From assembly GCA_041551965.1 (NCBI GenBank), contig JBFELU010000006.1, positions 201-64,200 of the forward strand: a DNA stretch of 64,000 nucleotides, given 5' to 3'. Origin of the DNA: Acidimicrobiia bacterium. Its GTDB lineage: Bacteria > Actinomycetota > Acidimicrobiia > Spongiisociales > UBA11373. The notes beneath the pieces are model-generated. The model worked only from the letters and a program-made list of their open reading frames with translations. It was not told the origin of the DNA and searched no databases. A program made the translations under genes and the position numbers. Shown one piece after another: positions 50,500-60,305 of the stretch (position 1 is the stretch's first letter; each line of letters starts with the position of its first letter).

Positions 50500-50876
50500 G
50501 GAAATCGATCTCTCGGCACGGCGACCCGAACCACGCTGCCCCGACCTATCAACCGATCACCCTCGAACGCCTCGACGGTGAAACGGAGCCGGCGCCCCGC
50601 CACCTCCTCGAGAATCGCTACGGCGCGCACCTCGGCCCCGATGGAAGACGCGACCAGGTGCTCGAGGTGGACCTCCACCCCGACCGTCGTGACGGTGCCG
50701 GGAATCCGATCGGCAACGGCGGCGACGGTGGCTTCTTCGCAGAGGGCGAGGAGCCGAGGGGTGGCGAGTACCTCGACGTCGCCGGTCCCGATCTCGACGG
50801 CGGTATCCCCGGTTTCGACGGTGGCCACGATCTCGGCGCGAGCGCCGACCGAGGGGCCGAGCGGTTCGGACGGCAT
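50496..50876 (-). CDS. Fluoroacetyl-CoA-type (FlK) hotdog thioesterase
   Basis: DTA..IGTGDVEVLATPRLLALCEEA, TTVG..V.LEHL. Confidence 0.85.
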   Translation of the reverse strand: MPSEPLGPSVGARAEIVATVETGDTAVEIGTGDVEVLATPRLLALCEEATVAAVADRIPGTVTTVGVEVHLEHLVASSIGAEVRAVAILEEVAGRRLRFTVEAFEGDRLIGRGSVVRVAVPRDRFP

Positions 50877-50962
50877 GGTGTCACCGTATCACCGACCCCC
50901 GGGTCTACCGTGGGGAACCAGACGGTGGGTTGCGGTCGTCCCAGCGGGGACGAGGAGGCCAA

Positions 50963-53176
50963 ATGCGAAAACTGCTCACGTTCACCGTTGCTCTCGCTCT
51001 CACCGCGGTGAGTTGCAGCCAATCGGAGGGAACCGCCACCACGGCGGCGTTCCCGACTTCGACGACAACGGGGGGCGTCTCGGCGATTGCCGAGCGATTC
51101 GACCCCTCGTCGATCCGGTTCGAGGCCGCCCTGGAGCGCTTTGATCGTTGTGAGGCGGTGCTCGAGCACTTCATCGCAGAAGCCCTCGAGCGCGTCGGAC
51201 CCTATGGGCTCGACGGCGGCGGCGGTCCGATCGTGCTCGCCGGGGAGGGTGTCGATTTTGCCGCCGAGGGTGATGAAGCGGCGGCGCCGGCCACCGATGT
51301 CGGTCGAGGCGACACCGAGTTCTCCGGCACCAACGTTCAGGTCCTGGGCGTCGACGAACCCGACGTGATCAAGACCGACGGCGAACGGATCCTTGCCATC
51401 GTCGAGAGGAAGCTCTACTACGTCGATGTGAGCGGATCCGTTCCCGAGTTGGTCGGATCCGTCTACCTCGGCGATGCGTGGGGCCACACGATGTTCGTGA
51501 GCGGCGACCGCGCCTTCGTGTTTGCGACCGGCTACGGGATCGCTCCTCTTCCGGCGGCGGCCGAGGCCTCGTTGGTTCCCCCGTACGGGGAGACGACCGT
51601 GATCCAGGAGATCGATCTGTCGGATCCGAGCGACCTCGAGGTGGTGCGGACCATGACCGTCGAAGGCCGGCTCCTGAGCGCCCGATCGATCGGAGAAACC
51701 GGTCGGATCGTGCTCTCCTCCTATCCCGCCGAACTCGCCTTCGTGTACCCGAGCGGTCCGTCGGCGGAGCCGATCGCCGAACAGGCGAATCGCCAGATCG
51801 TGCAGAACAGCACGCTCGACGACTGGCTCCCCAACTACACCCTCACCGACGGCGACACGGTGGTGGATCAGGGTCTTCTGATCACCTGCGACGGGGTGCA
51901 TGCTCCGGCCGAGTTCGCCGGCTTCAACACCGTCTCGGTGATCACCGTCGACTTCTCCGAGGGGCTGCGCTCCTCCGAGTCGGTCGGGGTGATCGCCGAC
52001 GGTGAAACGGTGTATGCCTCGACCGAGAGCCTGTATGTGGCGACCAACGTCTGGGTCCCCGGCGAGTGGATCGGCGATGCTCGCCTCGAAGGGTTCGAAG
52101 AGGAGTACAGCACCGCAGTTCACAAGTTCGATATCGCCGGCGACGGTCCCGCCGAGTACCGGGCGTCCGGCAGCGTCGCCGGGCATCTACTCAATCAGTT
52201 CTCGATGGACGAGTACGAGGGTCGGCTTCGTATCGCCACCACCGACGGCCCTCCCTGGGGTTTCGGCGATGAGTCGGAGTCCTTCGTGATCGTGCTGGAA
52301 GAGCAGGGCGATCGCCTGATCGAGGTCGGCCGGGTCGGCGACATGGGTCGCGGCGAGCGTATCTTCTCGGTGCGGTTCATCGGTGAGGTCGGCTACGTGG
52401 TCACGTTCCGGCAGACCGATCCCCTCTATGTGGTCGATCTGCGGGACCCGGAGAACCCGACGGTCACCGGCGAGCTCAAGATCCCCGGTTACTCGGCGTA
52501 CCTGCATCCGATCGGCGACGGCCGCTTGATCGGTGTGGGACAGGAAGCCACCGACGAGGGATTCACCATCGGGGCCAAGGTGTCGATGTTCGACGTGTCG
52601 GATCCGACCGATCCGCGTGAGCTGGACACCTGGGTGCTCGAGGGCGGCTACACCGAGGTCGAGTGGGATCACCACGCCTTCCTCTACTGGGGTCCTGAAG
52701 CCCTCGCGGTCCTCCCATTGCAGAACTGGTCGACAGGCTTCTTCGGCGGGGTGGCCCTGCGGACAGACGACGGTCTGCGCGAGGCGGGCCGCATCACCCA
52801 CGAGCTCGGAGCCGCGGGTGCGACGTCCGACTGCCGCGTGATCGAGATCCCGGAGGATTACTACGAGCCGGGTCTCGTGATGCAGGTCTGCGGATCCGAC
52901 GACATCGGCGGATACGGGGATCACTACTGCGAGGTGCTTCCCGCCGAGGAGGCCCGGTGGATCGCCGTGGAGTTCGGCGAGATCGGGTTGGACATCGACG
53001 AACTGATCGAAGACGATGACCGGTTGGAGCTCTGCTGGCCTCCCTACGACGAGAGCCGGGCGGCGATCCAACGGTCGCTGGTGATCGGGGACTCGTTGTG
53101 GACGCTGTCGTGGCGGGCGCTCCAGGCGAATGATCTCGACACGCTCGACGTGCAGCACACCATTCCATTGGGATAG
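50963..53176 (+). CDS. Secreted lipoprotein with a beta-propeller domain
   Basis: Lipobox AVSC; TNVQVLGVDEPDVIKTDG, LLNQFSMDE, VTFRQTDPL, GELKIPGYSAYLHP. Confidence 0.87.
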   Translation: MRKLLTFTVALALTAVSCSQSEGTATTAAFPTSTTTGGVSAIAERFDPSSIRFEAALERFDRCEAVLEHFIAEALERVGPYGLDGGGGPIVLAGEGVDFAAEGDEAAAPATDVGRGDTEFSGTNVQVLGVDEPDVIKTDGERILAIVERKLYYVDVSGSVPELVGSVYLGDAWGHTMFVSGDRAFVFATGYGIAPLPAAAEASLVPPYGETTVIQEIDLSDPSDLEVVRTMTVEGRLLSARSIGETGRIVLSSYPAELAFVYPSGPSAEPIAEQANRQIVQNSTLDDWLPNYTLTDGDTVVDQGLLITCDGVHAPAEFAGFNTVSVITVDFSEGLRSSESVGVIADGETVYASTESLYVATNVWVPGEWIGDARLEGFEEEYSTAVHKFDIAGDGPAEYRASGSVAGHLLNQFSMDEYEGRLRIATTDGPPWGFGDESESFVIVLEEQGDRLIEVGRVGDMGRGERIFSVRFIGEVGYVVTFRQTDPLYVVDLRDPENPTVTGELKIPGYSAYLHPIGDGRLIGVGQEATDEGFTIGAKVSMFDVSDPTDPRELDTWVLEGGYTEVEWDHHAFLYWGPEALAVLPLQNWSTGFFGGVALRTDDGLREAGRITHELGAAGATSDCRVIEIPEDYYEPGLVMQVCGSDDIGGYGDHYCEVLPAEEARWIAVEFGEIGLDIDELIEDDDRLELCWPPYDESRAAIQRSLVIGDSLWTLSWRALQANDLDTLDVQHTIPLG

Positions 53177-53203
53177 AGGCGCGGCACGGCGGATAATCGC
53201 CGG

Positions 53204-54139
53204 ATGAAGCTGCAGATCGGTGTGTCGGAGTGCTTGCTGGGCCGCAAGGTGCGTCACGACGGAGGCCACAAGCACGATCGGTTCCTGACCGACACCCTGA
53301 GCGCCTGGGTCGATTGGGTGCCCGTGTGTCCCGAGGTCGAGATCGGCCTCGGGACGCCGCGTCCGGCGATGCGCCTGGTCGCCGAGGGCACGGGCGCCCG
53401 CCTGGTGGTCCGCAACACCGGTGAGGACCTCACCGCGAGGATGCAGCGATGGGCCCAGCAGCGTCTTCCCGGTTTCGCCGGCCTCCACGGGTTCGTGCTC
53501 AAGAAGGACTCACCGTCGTGTGGCATGGAGCGGGTCAAGCGGTACACCGAGGACGGGAACCTGGTGGCGAAGGACGGCTCGGGCATCTTCGCCGCCGCCT
53601 TGCGAGAGGCGTATTCGCTGCTCCCGGTGGAAGAGGAAGGCCGGCTCAATGATCCGGTGCTCCGTGAGAACTTCATCGAGCGGGTCTTTGCCTACCGCCG
53701 ATGGCGGGAGTTCGTCGCCACCGATCCGGGACCCGGCGACCTGGTGGCGTTCCACACGGCCAACAAGATGACCCTGCTGTCCCACCACCCGCAGAAGTAC
53801 CGGGAGCTGGGCCGGTGGGTGGCCGAGGCGGGCCGGCGGCGCGACGCCATCGAGGAGTACGGGACCGCCTACATGGACGTGCTGCGGCATCGGGCGACGC
53901 GGAGCCGGCATCGCAACGTGCTGCAGCATCTCATCGGGCACTTGAAGAAGATGCTCGATGGCGACGACCGTCAGGAGCTCGTCGAGGTCATCGAAAGCTA
54001 CGGGAGCGGGGAGGTGCCGCTGGTGGTGCCGCTCACGCTGTTGCGCCACCACTTCCGCCGGCACGGCACCGAGTGGGTGATGGCGCAGACCTATCTCGAT
54101 CCCTACCCGTCGGAGCTGATGCTCCGTAACCACGTCTAG
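53204..54139 (+). CDS. DUF523 + DUF1722 protein (YbgA-like)
   Basis: GVSECLLG..VRHDGGHK, VCPEVEIGLGTPR, KKDSPSCG, EEEGRLND...RENF. Confidence 0.9.
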   Translation: MKLQIGVSECLLGRKVRHDGGHKHDRFLTDTLSAWVDWVPVCPEVEIGLGTPRPAMRLVAEGTGARLVVRNTGEDLTARMQRWAQQRLPGFAGLHGFVLKKDSPSCGMERVKRYTEDGNLVAKDGSGIFAAALREAYSLLPVEEEGRLNDPVLRENFIERVFAYRRWREFVATDPGPGDLVAFHTANKMTLLSHHPQKYRELGRWVAEAGRRRDAIEEYGTAYMDVLRHRATRSRHRNVLQHLIGHLKKMLDGDDRQELVEVIESYGSGEVPLVVPLTLLRHHFRRHGTEWVMAQTYLDPYPSELMLRNHV

Positions 54140-54143
54140 CGCC

Positions 54144-54509
54144 GTGGACGAAGCCATCCGTCACGCTCTCGCCACTGATCGGACCATCGATATCACCACC
54201 CTCGGCCGTCGCAGCGGTGAGGAGCGTCGGCTGGAGATGTGGTTCCACAACGTCGATGGCCGGATCTTCATCACCGGGATGCCGGGCCGCCGCGACTGGT
54301 ACGCCAACCTGGTGGCCCACCCCGCGTTCACTTTCCACCTGAAGGAGGGCACCACGGCCGATCTGGCCGCGATGGCCGTTCCCATCACCGTTCCCGCCCA
54401 GCGGAGGCCGATCCTCGCCGAGATCACGGGTCGGCTGGGACACGCCGATCGTCTCGACGAATGGGTGGAGCGGAGCCCCCTCGTCGAGGTCCACTTCGGG
54501 GCCGAATAG
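54144..54509 (+). CDS. Deazaflavin (F420)-dependent nitroreductase-like protein (DUF385 family)
   Basis: ITTLGRRSGEER, DWYANLVAHP. Confidence 0.8.
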   Translation: MDEAIRHALATDRTIDITTLGRRSGEERRLEMWFHNVDGRIFITGMPGRRDWYANLVAHPAFTFHLKEGTTADLAAMAVPITVPAQRRPILAEITGRLGHADRLDEWVERSPLVEVHFGAE

Positions 54510-54519
54510 GATCGCGGCC

Positions 54520-55245
54520 GTGGGCTCGAGCCGTCCCCTCTACGTCTTCATGCACCTGCCCAAGACGGGCGGCACCACGATCAACGGCCACTTCTACGAC
54601 CATATGGACTGGGATGTCGATGTCGTCCATCTCGGCAAATGGGGGGATCGCTATCGAACTCGGGAGCAGCGACTCCCCCTTGAGGAGCGGTCTGCCGAGG
54701 AGCGGGCCCGGATTCGGGTGCTCACCGGCCACGGCACCTACTTCGGGATCCATCGGCTGTTCGAAGGCATCACCCCCAGGTACCTCACGATCTTGCGCGA
54801 TCCGGCCGACCGCATCGTCTCCACCTACAACTTCAGGGCGGCGCGCGGCGACGTCGGCGACTTCTGGTCGTGGTACGCGAACTTCCCCCGCAATGCCGGC
54901 GTCAAGTGGTTGCGGAAGCGGCTGGCGGGGTACCAATCGCTGCAGGAGATCATCGAGGCGTTGCGGAGTTTCTGGTTCGTCGGGGTCACCGAGCATCTCG
55001 ATGAGGATCTCCCTCTGCTGTTCGGGGCGCTGGGCCTCCCGACCGGCTTCCGCACGAGGCGGGTAGCCGGAGCCGAGCGGGACCTCGAGGGGCTGGATCA
55101 TCCGGATGAGCATCGTCGGGTGAGTCGGCGCATGGTCGTCGACGACGAGTTGCGGGCCCGTCTCCACGAGGACAATTCCCGAGATCTGCGGCTGTATCAG
55201 TTTGCGGCCCGCCGCCGGGATCGCCTTCTGGAGTCGCTTCAGTAG
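54520..55245 (+). CDS. PAPS-dependent sulfotransferase (family 2-like)
   Basis: FMHLPKTGGTT 5'-PSB loop; LRDPADRIVSTY 3'-PB motif. Confidence 0.85.
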   Translation: MGSSRPLYVFMHLPKTGGTTINGHFYDHMDWDVDVVHLGKWGDRYRTREQRLPLEERSAEERARIRVLTGHGTYFGIHRLFEGITPRYLTILRDPADRIVSTYNFRAARGDVGDFWSWYANFPRNAGVKWLRKRLAGYQSLQEIIEALRSFWFVGVTEHLDEDLPLLFGALGLPTGFRTRRVAGAERDLEGLDHPDEHRRVSRRMVVDDELRARLHEDNSRDLRLYQFAARRRDRLLESLQ

Positions 55246-56162
55246 CCCAAGTCGGTGAGAAGGTCGCCGATCTCGCGCCGCACGAGGTCGAGGTCGTGCG
55301 GCTCGAATTGGGTCTGCCATTGCCCGTGCCGATCATCGCGGGCCTCGCCGAACACCTCCAGGGCGGCGTCGCGAGACTCGGCGGGTACGGCGAGGAAGTC
55401 GAGGATGGCGGTGCCGGTCGTGCGGGGATCGGCAACGAGGGCCTCGTAGCGAACCTCCAGGTAGCGGCCGGCGGGCAGCCGGGACCCTGCCTCCCGCGCC
55501 GCGGTGACGTGGCGGCGCCACCCCCAGGCACATCGGTGGGCGGTGGTGGTGGTCTCGAACTCGGCAACGCGGTCGGGTTCGACCCAGAACCGGGCGAAGG
55601 GTCCGTGGCGGTAGCCGCCGGGTTCGTGGCGGCCCAACTCGGCTCCGATGGGATCGAGCCAGGGCCGCCGACTCCACGACGCCGCCGCGTCCCGCCCGTC
55701 CCGGATGATGTGCACGAACCGAGCGTCGGGGAACGCCTCAGACAGGAAGCCGATGATCATGGCGTTGCGGGGCGTCTTGTCGACTTGGCGCAAGTCACCA
55801 TCGAGGCGGAAACGGGCCAGCCATCGGTAGGTGCGGTGGTAGAAGGCGGCGGCTCTCTCCGGGTCCCACAACCCGGCGTAGACGTAGGGGGCGGCCGCCT
55901 TCGTGAGGATGGGTTCGAAGTGATAGGAGAACTCCGGCACCGGCGCCAGGGCCCTTCCGAGAAAGGTCGTGCCTGAGCGGGGCGCGCCCACGAGGAACAC
56001 CATGTCGCCGAGCGCGGGCCTCACGGATGCCCGGGCGCGGCGGAGGGACCAGGGCCGGCGATGACCGGGGGAGTAGCGGAGGTCGGCGGCAATCGTCTTG
56101 GCGGCCAACAGTGGCATCCGCCACCAGCGCAACGGTCGGTGGGGCAGGGGGACTGCGGTCAT
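55239..56162 (-). CDS. PAPS-dependent sulfotransferase (family 1/3-like)
   Basis: VGAPRSGTT, DKTP, HIIRDGRD..AS, VRYEAL. Confidence 0.88.
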   Translation of the reverse strand: MTAVPLPHRPLRWWRMPLLAAKTIAADLRYSPGHRRPWSLRRARASVRPALGDMVFLVGAPRSGTTFLGRALAPVPEFSYHFEPILTKAAAPYVYAGLWDPERAAAFYHRTYRWLARFRLDGDLRQVDKTPRNAMIIGFLSEAFPDARFVHIIRDGRDAAASWSRRPWLDPIGAELGRHEPGGYRHGPFARFWVEPDRVAEFETTTTAHRCAWGWRRHVTAAREAGSRLPAGRYLEVRYEALVADPRTTGTAILDFLAVPAESRDAALEVFGEARDDRHGQWQTQFEPHDLDLVRREIGDLLTDLGY

Positions 56163-57229
56163 CGTTCCTCACCCAGGGCCACCACCGCAGCGGCGACGTC
56201 GGCCCACGAGGTGTGCGATGCCGCAGCACCGCGGGCGAGGGCCTCGAGATCGTCGAGGGCTCGTTCGATGGCGTCGGCGTAGGCGTCGGCATCTTCCGGC
56301 GGCGCCAGCGTGCCGTTGACACCCTCGGAGATGCGCTCGGCCAGACCGCCGGCCGTCGTGGAGACGACCGGTCGGCCGGCAGCGAAAGCGAGCGGCACGA
56401 TCCCTGATTGGGTGGCCGTTCGGTACGGCGTGGCGACGAGGTGATGACGCCGCAGCAGATCGACGACCTGATCGTCGTCGGCGTACCCGGGCTGCAACGT
56501 CACCAGATCGCCGACGCCGAGGACCTCGATCTGTCGGGCGAAGCGATCCACCGGATCCCAGAACTCACCGGCGACGGTCAGCCCGACCGGCCGTCCCCGT
56601 TCCCGCAAGCGGGCGATGGCCTCGATGGCGACGTCGACGCCCTTGTAGTGGCGAACGAAGCCGATGAAGAGCACGCCCGGCGGTTCCGATCGGGGCAGCG
56701 GGAGCGGACCGAGGTCGAGGTTGGGCGGGTGGGGCAACACTTCGACACGAGGGATGTCGACGACCGTCGCCAGGTCGTCGGCGACCGCAGCGGCATGGAC
56801 GATGGCGGCGTCGACCCGGCGGAGGACTCGTCGGGTCAGCCATCGGGAGAACGGCAGCGGCTCATGAGGGATGACGTTGTGCACGACGGCGACCGCCGGT
56901 CGTCGAGCCGCCCCGAGCACGCGGCGCAGCGGAAGGGCATGGAAGGCCGTGATCCATTGGACTACGACGAAGTCGGCGGACCGCATGTCCCGGCCGACCC
57001 GGCTCCACGTTAGGGGGCTCCACCATCGGAGCCGGAACCGGACCCTGGCATCGTCCTCGCCCGAGGTGTCGATTCGAGTGCCCTTGTAGAGGAGACGCGG
57101 GTATTGGGAGCGCCACGAGACGACGGTGACTTCGTGGCCGAGATCCTCGAGCGCGTCGGCGAGCCGGGCGGTGTGCTGGGCCACCCCTCCGCGCAGGGGA
57201 GGGAACGGTCCCACCAGGGAGATGCGCAC
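56159..57229 (-). CDS. Glycosyltransferase family 4
   Basis: GPFPPLRGGVAQH, FIGFVRHYKG, PYRTATQSGI. Confidence 0.9.
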   Translation of the reverse strand: MRISLVGPFPPLRGGVAQHTARLADALEDLGHEVTVVSWRSQYPRLLYKGTRIDTSGEDDARVRFRLRWWSPLTWSRVGRDMRSADFVVVQWITAFHALPLRRVLGAARRPAVAVVHNVIPHEPLPFSRWLTRRVLRRVDAAIVHAAAVADDLATVVDIPRVEVLPHPPNLDLGPLPLPRSEPPGVLFIGFVRHYKGVDVAIEAIARLRERGRPVGLTVAGEFWDPVDRFARQIEVLGVGDLVTLQPGYADDDQVVDLLRRHHLVATPYRTATQSGIVPLAFAAGRPVVSTTAGGLAERISEGVNGTLAPPEDADAYADAIERALDDLEALARGAAASHTSWADVAAAVVALGEER

Positions 57230-57282
57230 GCGGCGACCCTACCAGCGGCCGGGACGGCGACGCCTCGTATACTGCGCGGCCG

Positions 57283-58218
57283 ATGACCCCCGAGCCGACC
57301 CAGGTCCTCTTCATCGTCGGCAAGGGCCGCAGTGGTACCACGCTCCTCGGGAACCTCCTCGGCCAGGCCGAGGGCTTCGCGTCGGTCGGGGAGCTGTGGC
57401 GGCTGTGGCAGGACGACCCGGCCACGACCGTGTGTGGGTGCGGGGACGTTCTGACCGAGTGCCGGTTGTGGTCGGAGGTCGTCGACCGTCTGGGGATCAC
57501 TGCCGAGCTGAGAGGTGAGATGCGGAAGCACCAGCGGCGGGTGATGACCTGGCCGGCGGTCCCTGCCATGTTGTGGCGGGGGCTGCGGGGCCCTCGGTTC
57601 CGCAATTCTCTGGCCGCCTACGCCGCCACCATGGAGGCGGTCTACCGCACGGTGGCGGAGGTGATGGAGGTCGAGGTGGTGGTCGACTCGTCGAAGTGGC
57701 CGCTGGATCCCGGCCTGGTCGCTGCCACCGAAGGAGTGGAGGGGCATGGGGTTCACCTGGTGCGTGATCCCAGGGCGGTGGCGCACTCGTGGCGGCGCCG
57801 CAAGCGATATCCGGAGGGGCGGGAGATGCCCCGGTTCTCGCCGCTCTACTCGGCACTCAGTTGGTCGGCCCGCAACATGCTCGCCGAGCGATCCCGGCAT
57901 CGGGTCGGTTCCCGGTGGCTGCGGCTTCGCTACGAGGACCTGGTGGAGGATCCCGGCACGGCGTTGGCCGCCGTCCGGGGGCTGGTCGGGTCGTTGTCGG
58001 AGAGCCAGCGGCCGCCGACCGTGGAGCCGGTCTCCCTGAAGCCCACCCACACGGTCGCCGGCAATCCCGATCGCATGACGACCGGGCCGATCGAGATCCG
58101 CGGCGACGACGCCTGGCGAACGGAGAGCGGCCTGGTTGCGGACGCGGTCGTGACTGCCGTGTGCTTCCCCTGGATGCTGCGTTACGGGTACCCGCTCCGG
58201 CGACCCCGCCGGGCCTAA
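57283..58218 (+). CDS. PAPS-dependent sulfotransferase (carbohydrate-type, with CGCG..C motif)
   Basis: VGKGRSGTTLL, CGCG...EC..W, VDSSK, HLVRDPRAVAHS, LRYEDL. Confidence 0.88.
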   Translation: MTPEPTQVLFIVGKGRSGTTLLGNLLGQAEGFASVGELWRLWQDDPATTVCGCGDVLTECRLWSEVVDRLGITAELRGEMRKHQRRVMTWPAVPAMLWRGLRGPRFRNSLAAYAATMEAVYRTVAEVMEVEVVVDSSKWPLDPGLVAATEGVEGHGVHLVRDPRAVAHSWRRRKRYPEGREMPRFSPLYSALSWSARNMLAERSRHRVGSRWLRLRYEDLVEDPGTALAAVRGLVGSLSESQRPPTVEPVSLKPTHTVAGNPDRMTTGPIEIRGDDAWRTESGLVADAVVTAVCFPWMLRYGYPLRRPRRA

Positions 58219-60305
58219 GGCCGGGGCTCGGGCACCGTCACCCATAGTTCCCCGGAGCCCACCCAGACGTTGCCGACGGCATCGAAACCGAGCCTGACGA
58301 AGACGCGCTGGATGCCATCCCCGTCGGGAACGACGCACATGAAGTCGACGGGGCCGAAGGAACGGGGAGTCGTGAAGTTGGCTGCGGCCTCGACCAGGCG
58401 CCGCTCTCCCCTCTCGTCCTCGAAGCGACAGGTGATCTTGGGACTCTTCTGGAGCGGCGTCATCGCGGCGAGATGGATACGCGCCGTGAGGTAGGAGCCG
58501 GGAGGCACTTCGACGGCCCGGGCGAACGGCGGGCTGTCGAGACGTACCGGTTCGGTGTCGGCGCCGGTGGCGAACTGGAGGGGTCCCGAGGTGACCGGGT
58601 CGAGTTGATCACCGGGTTCGAGATGGTCGAAGGCGAATTGGCGGACGACCCATGGTTGCTCGGTCACCCCGAGCGGTCCCGCAGTCCACTCGTCACGAAT
58701 CGGGGCGTTGGTGAGGATGGCGATACGGCCGTCTCGAGTGACGTGGAGGAGCGACCAGCCGGGGGGCCGGGAGACGAGGTAGTCGGGGATCTGTTGCTCG
58801 GCGCCGGCGAACTTCCATCCGTCCGTGTCGTAGAGGATGAGAGAGCCGGGAGGGAGTTGCTCGGGGGGCATGAGCCACTCATCGCTGAGTCCCCGACCGG
58901 GGAGAAACCGGTTGGTGATGGTGGGAGCCAGGCTCGCGAGTTCACCTTCCCAGACGACGCCGCCGAAACTGGTCCGCGAATACATGTCGATCAGCCGCAG
59001 GCTGTTGGTGTCGGACCAGACGGTGTCGTAACCCCGGGCCTCGGAGGCGAGCCAGGTGCGGACCTCGCGGTAGCCGTTATCGCGGTTCAGGAAGTAGTTG
59101 TCGTCGCCGACGGTGGCGGAGGCGGTGAATCCGACGAACACGGCGGCGAAAGCGAGCGGGACCGCAACGACGATCGGGCGCCACCGCGCTCTTCCGAGCC
59201 GATGGGCGGTCTCACGGATCGCGGCGATCCCACCGATGAAGAGCGCCGGCAAGATCGGGAACCAATAGCGGTCCTTGTCGAGGCGCAGCACCCGGCCGCC
59301 ACCGGGCTTCTCGAACCAGCCGATGGCGGAGAACACGAACCACAGGCCGAAGAGCCACAAGGCGATGATGATGAACCGCCGGGACCGTTCGATGTACGTC
59401 CAGACGGCAGTCGCGGCGGCCAGGACGAGAAAGAGCCACCCCGCCGTCTCCCGGAGCAGCAGGCGGGGCAACGCGGTGAAGGCCTTGAGGAAGGTTCCTT
59501 GGAATTCACGCGCGGAGACCTGACGCACCACGTCCCCTTTGGAGGCCCCGACCCGGCCGAGCAGCACCTCGATGCGGGTGAATGGATCACCGAATGCCAC
59601 CCAGTTCCAGGCGAACTCAGCCGCCAGGACGGCCAATCCGGCCCCGGCCAGCCACCAGATCTTGCGCCAGGGCAGGTGGTATCGCCACCACACGAGGAGC
59701 ACCAAGGGCGCAAAGAAGACGACGACCTCCTTGGATAGGTAGGCGCCCCCGAACAGCAAGCCCGAGCCGATCAGCATCGCGTGGCTGCGACGGGTCCACG
59801 GCCGGCCTTCCTCGATGTGGGCGGCGACCGCGATCAGCAGCGCCAAGCCCCCGGTGAGGAGTGCGGTGGCAGGGAGGTCGGGCCAGACCTGACTGGATCG
59901 GGTGAGAACGAACGGATTGAGAAAGACGAGGACGGCTGCAATGGTCCCGACGAGACGACCGAAGAGGATCTTCCCGAGGTAGTAGGTGGCGATCACCAGC
60001 AGGGTGCCGACGACAACCGGCACGGCATAGAACGCGGCCTCGGAATACCCGAACACCCTCTGCGCCATCCACACCGGCAGCAGCAGTCCGATGCGGGTCG
60101 TCTTGTGCTCGGGTTCGAGGTCGAGTGGATGATCGGCGGCGTCGAAGTAGAAGAACGGGTCCCGGCGGAAAGGGGCTTCGAGGAAGACGACCTGAAGGAT
60201 CAGGTAGCAGACGACCAGCATCGACGCCACCGCCCAGTCGGGGAGCCGTCCGAGGCGCGATCCGGCGGCTCCCAAGAGGGTGGCGACCCGGCGGCTACTC
60301 GTCAC
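58215..60305 (-). CDS. GT-C fold multi-TM glycosyltransferase (ArnT/PMT-like) with an extracellular C-terminal domain
   Basis: About 11-13 TM segments; D in the first loop (RRDPFFY), WPDLP, YLSKE, DRYWFP. Confidence 0.72.
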   Translation of the reverse strand: MTSSRRVATLLGAAGSRLGRLPDWAVASMLVVCYLILQVVFLEAPFRRDPFFYFDAADHPLDLEPEHKTTRIGLLLPVWMAQRVFGYSEAAFYAVPVVVGTLLVIATYYLGKILFGRLVGTIAAVLVFLNPFVLTRSSQVWPDLPATALLTGGLALLIAVAAHIEEGRPWTRRSHAMLIGSGLLFGGAYLSKEVVVFFAPLVLLVWWRYHLPWRKIWWLAGAGLAVLAAEFAWNWVAFGDPFTRIEVLLGRVGASKGDVVRQVSAREFQGTFLKAFTALPRLLLRETAGWLFLVLAAATAVWTYIERSRRFIIIALWLFGLWFVFSAIGWFEKPGGGRVLRLDKDRYWFPILPALFIGGIAAIRETAHRLGRARWRPIVVAVPLAFAAVFVGFTASATVGDDNYFLNRDNGYREVRTWLASEARGYDTVWSDTNSLRLIDMYSRTSFGGVVWEGELASLAPTITNRFLPGRGLSDEWLMPPEQLPPGSLILYDTDGWKFAGAEQQIPDYLVSRPPGWSLLHVTRDGRIAILTNAPIRDEWTAGPLGVTEQPWVVRQFAFDHLEPGDQLDPVTSGPLQFATGADTEPVRLDSPPFARAVEVPPGSYLTARIHLAAMTPLQKSPKITCRFEDERGERRLVEAAANFTTPRSFGPVDFMCVVPDGDGIQRVFVRLGFDAVGNVWVGSGELWVTVPEPRP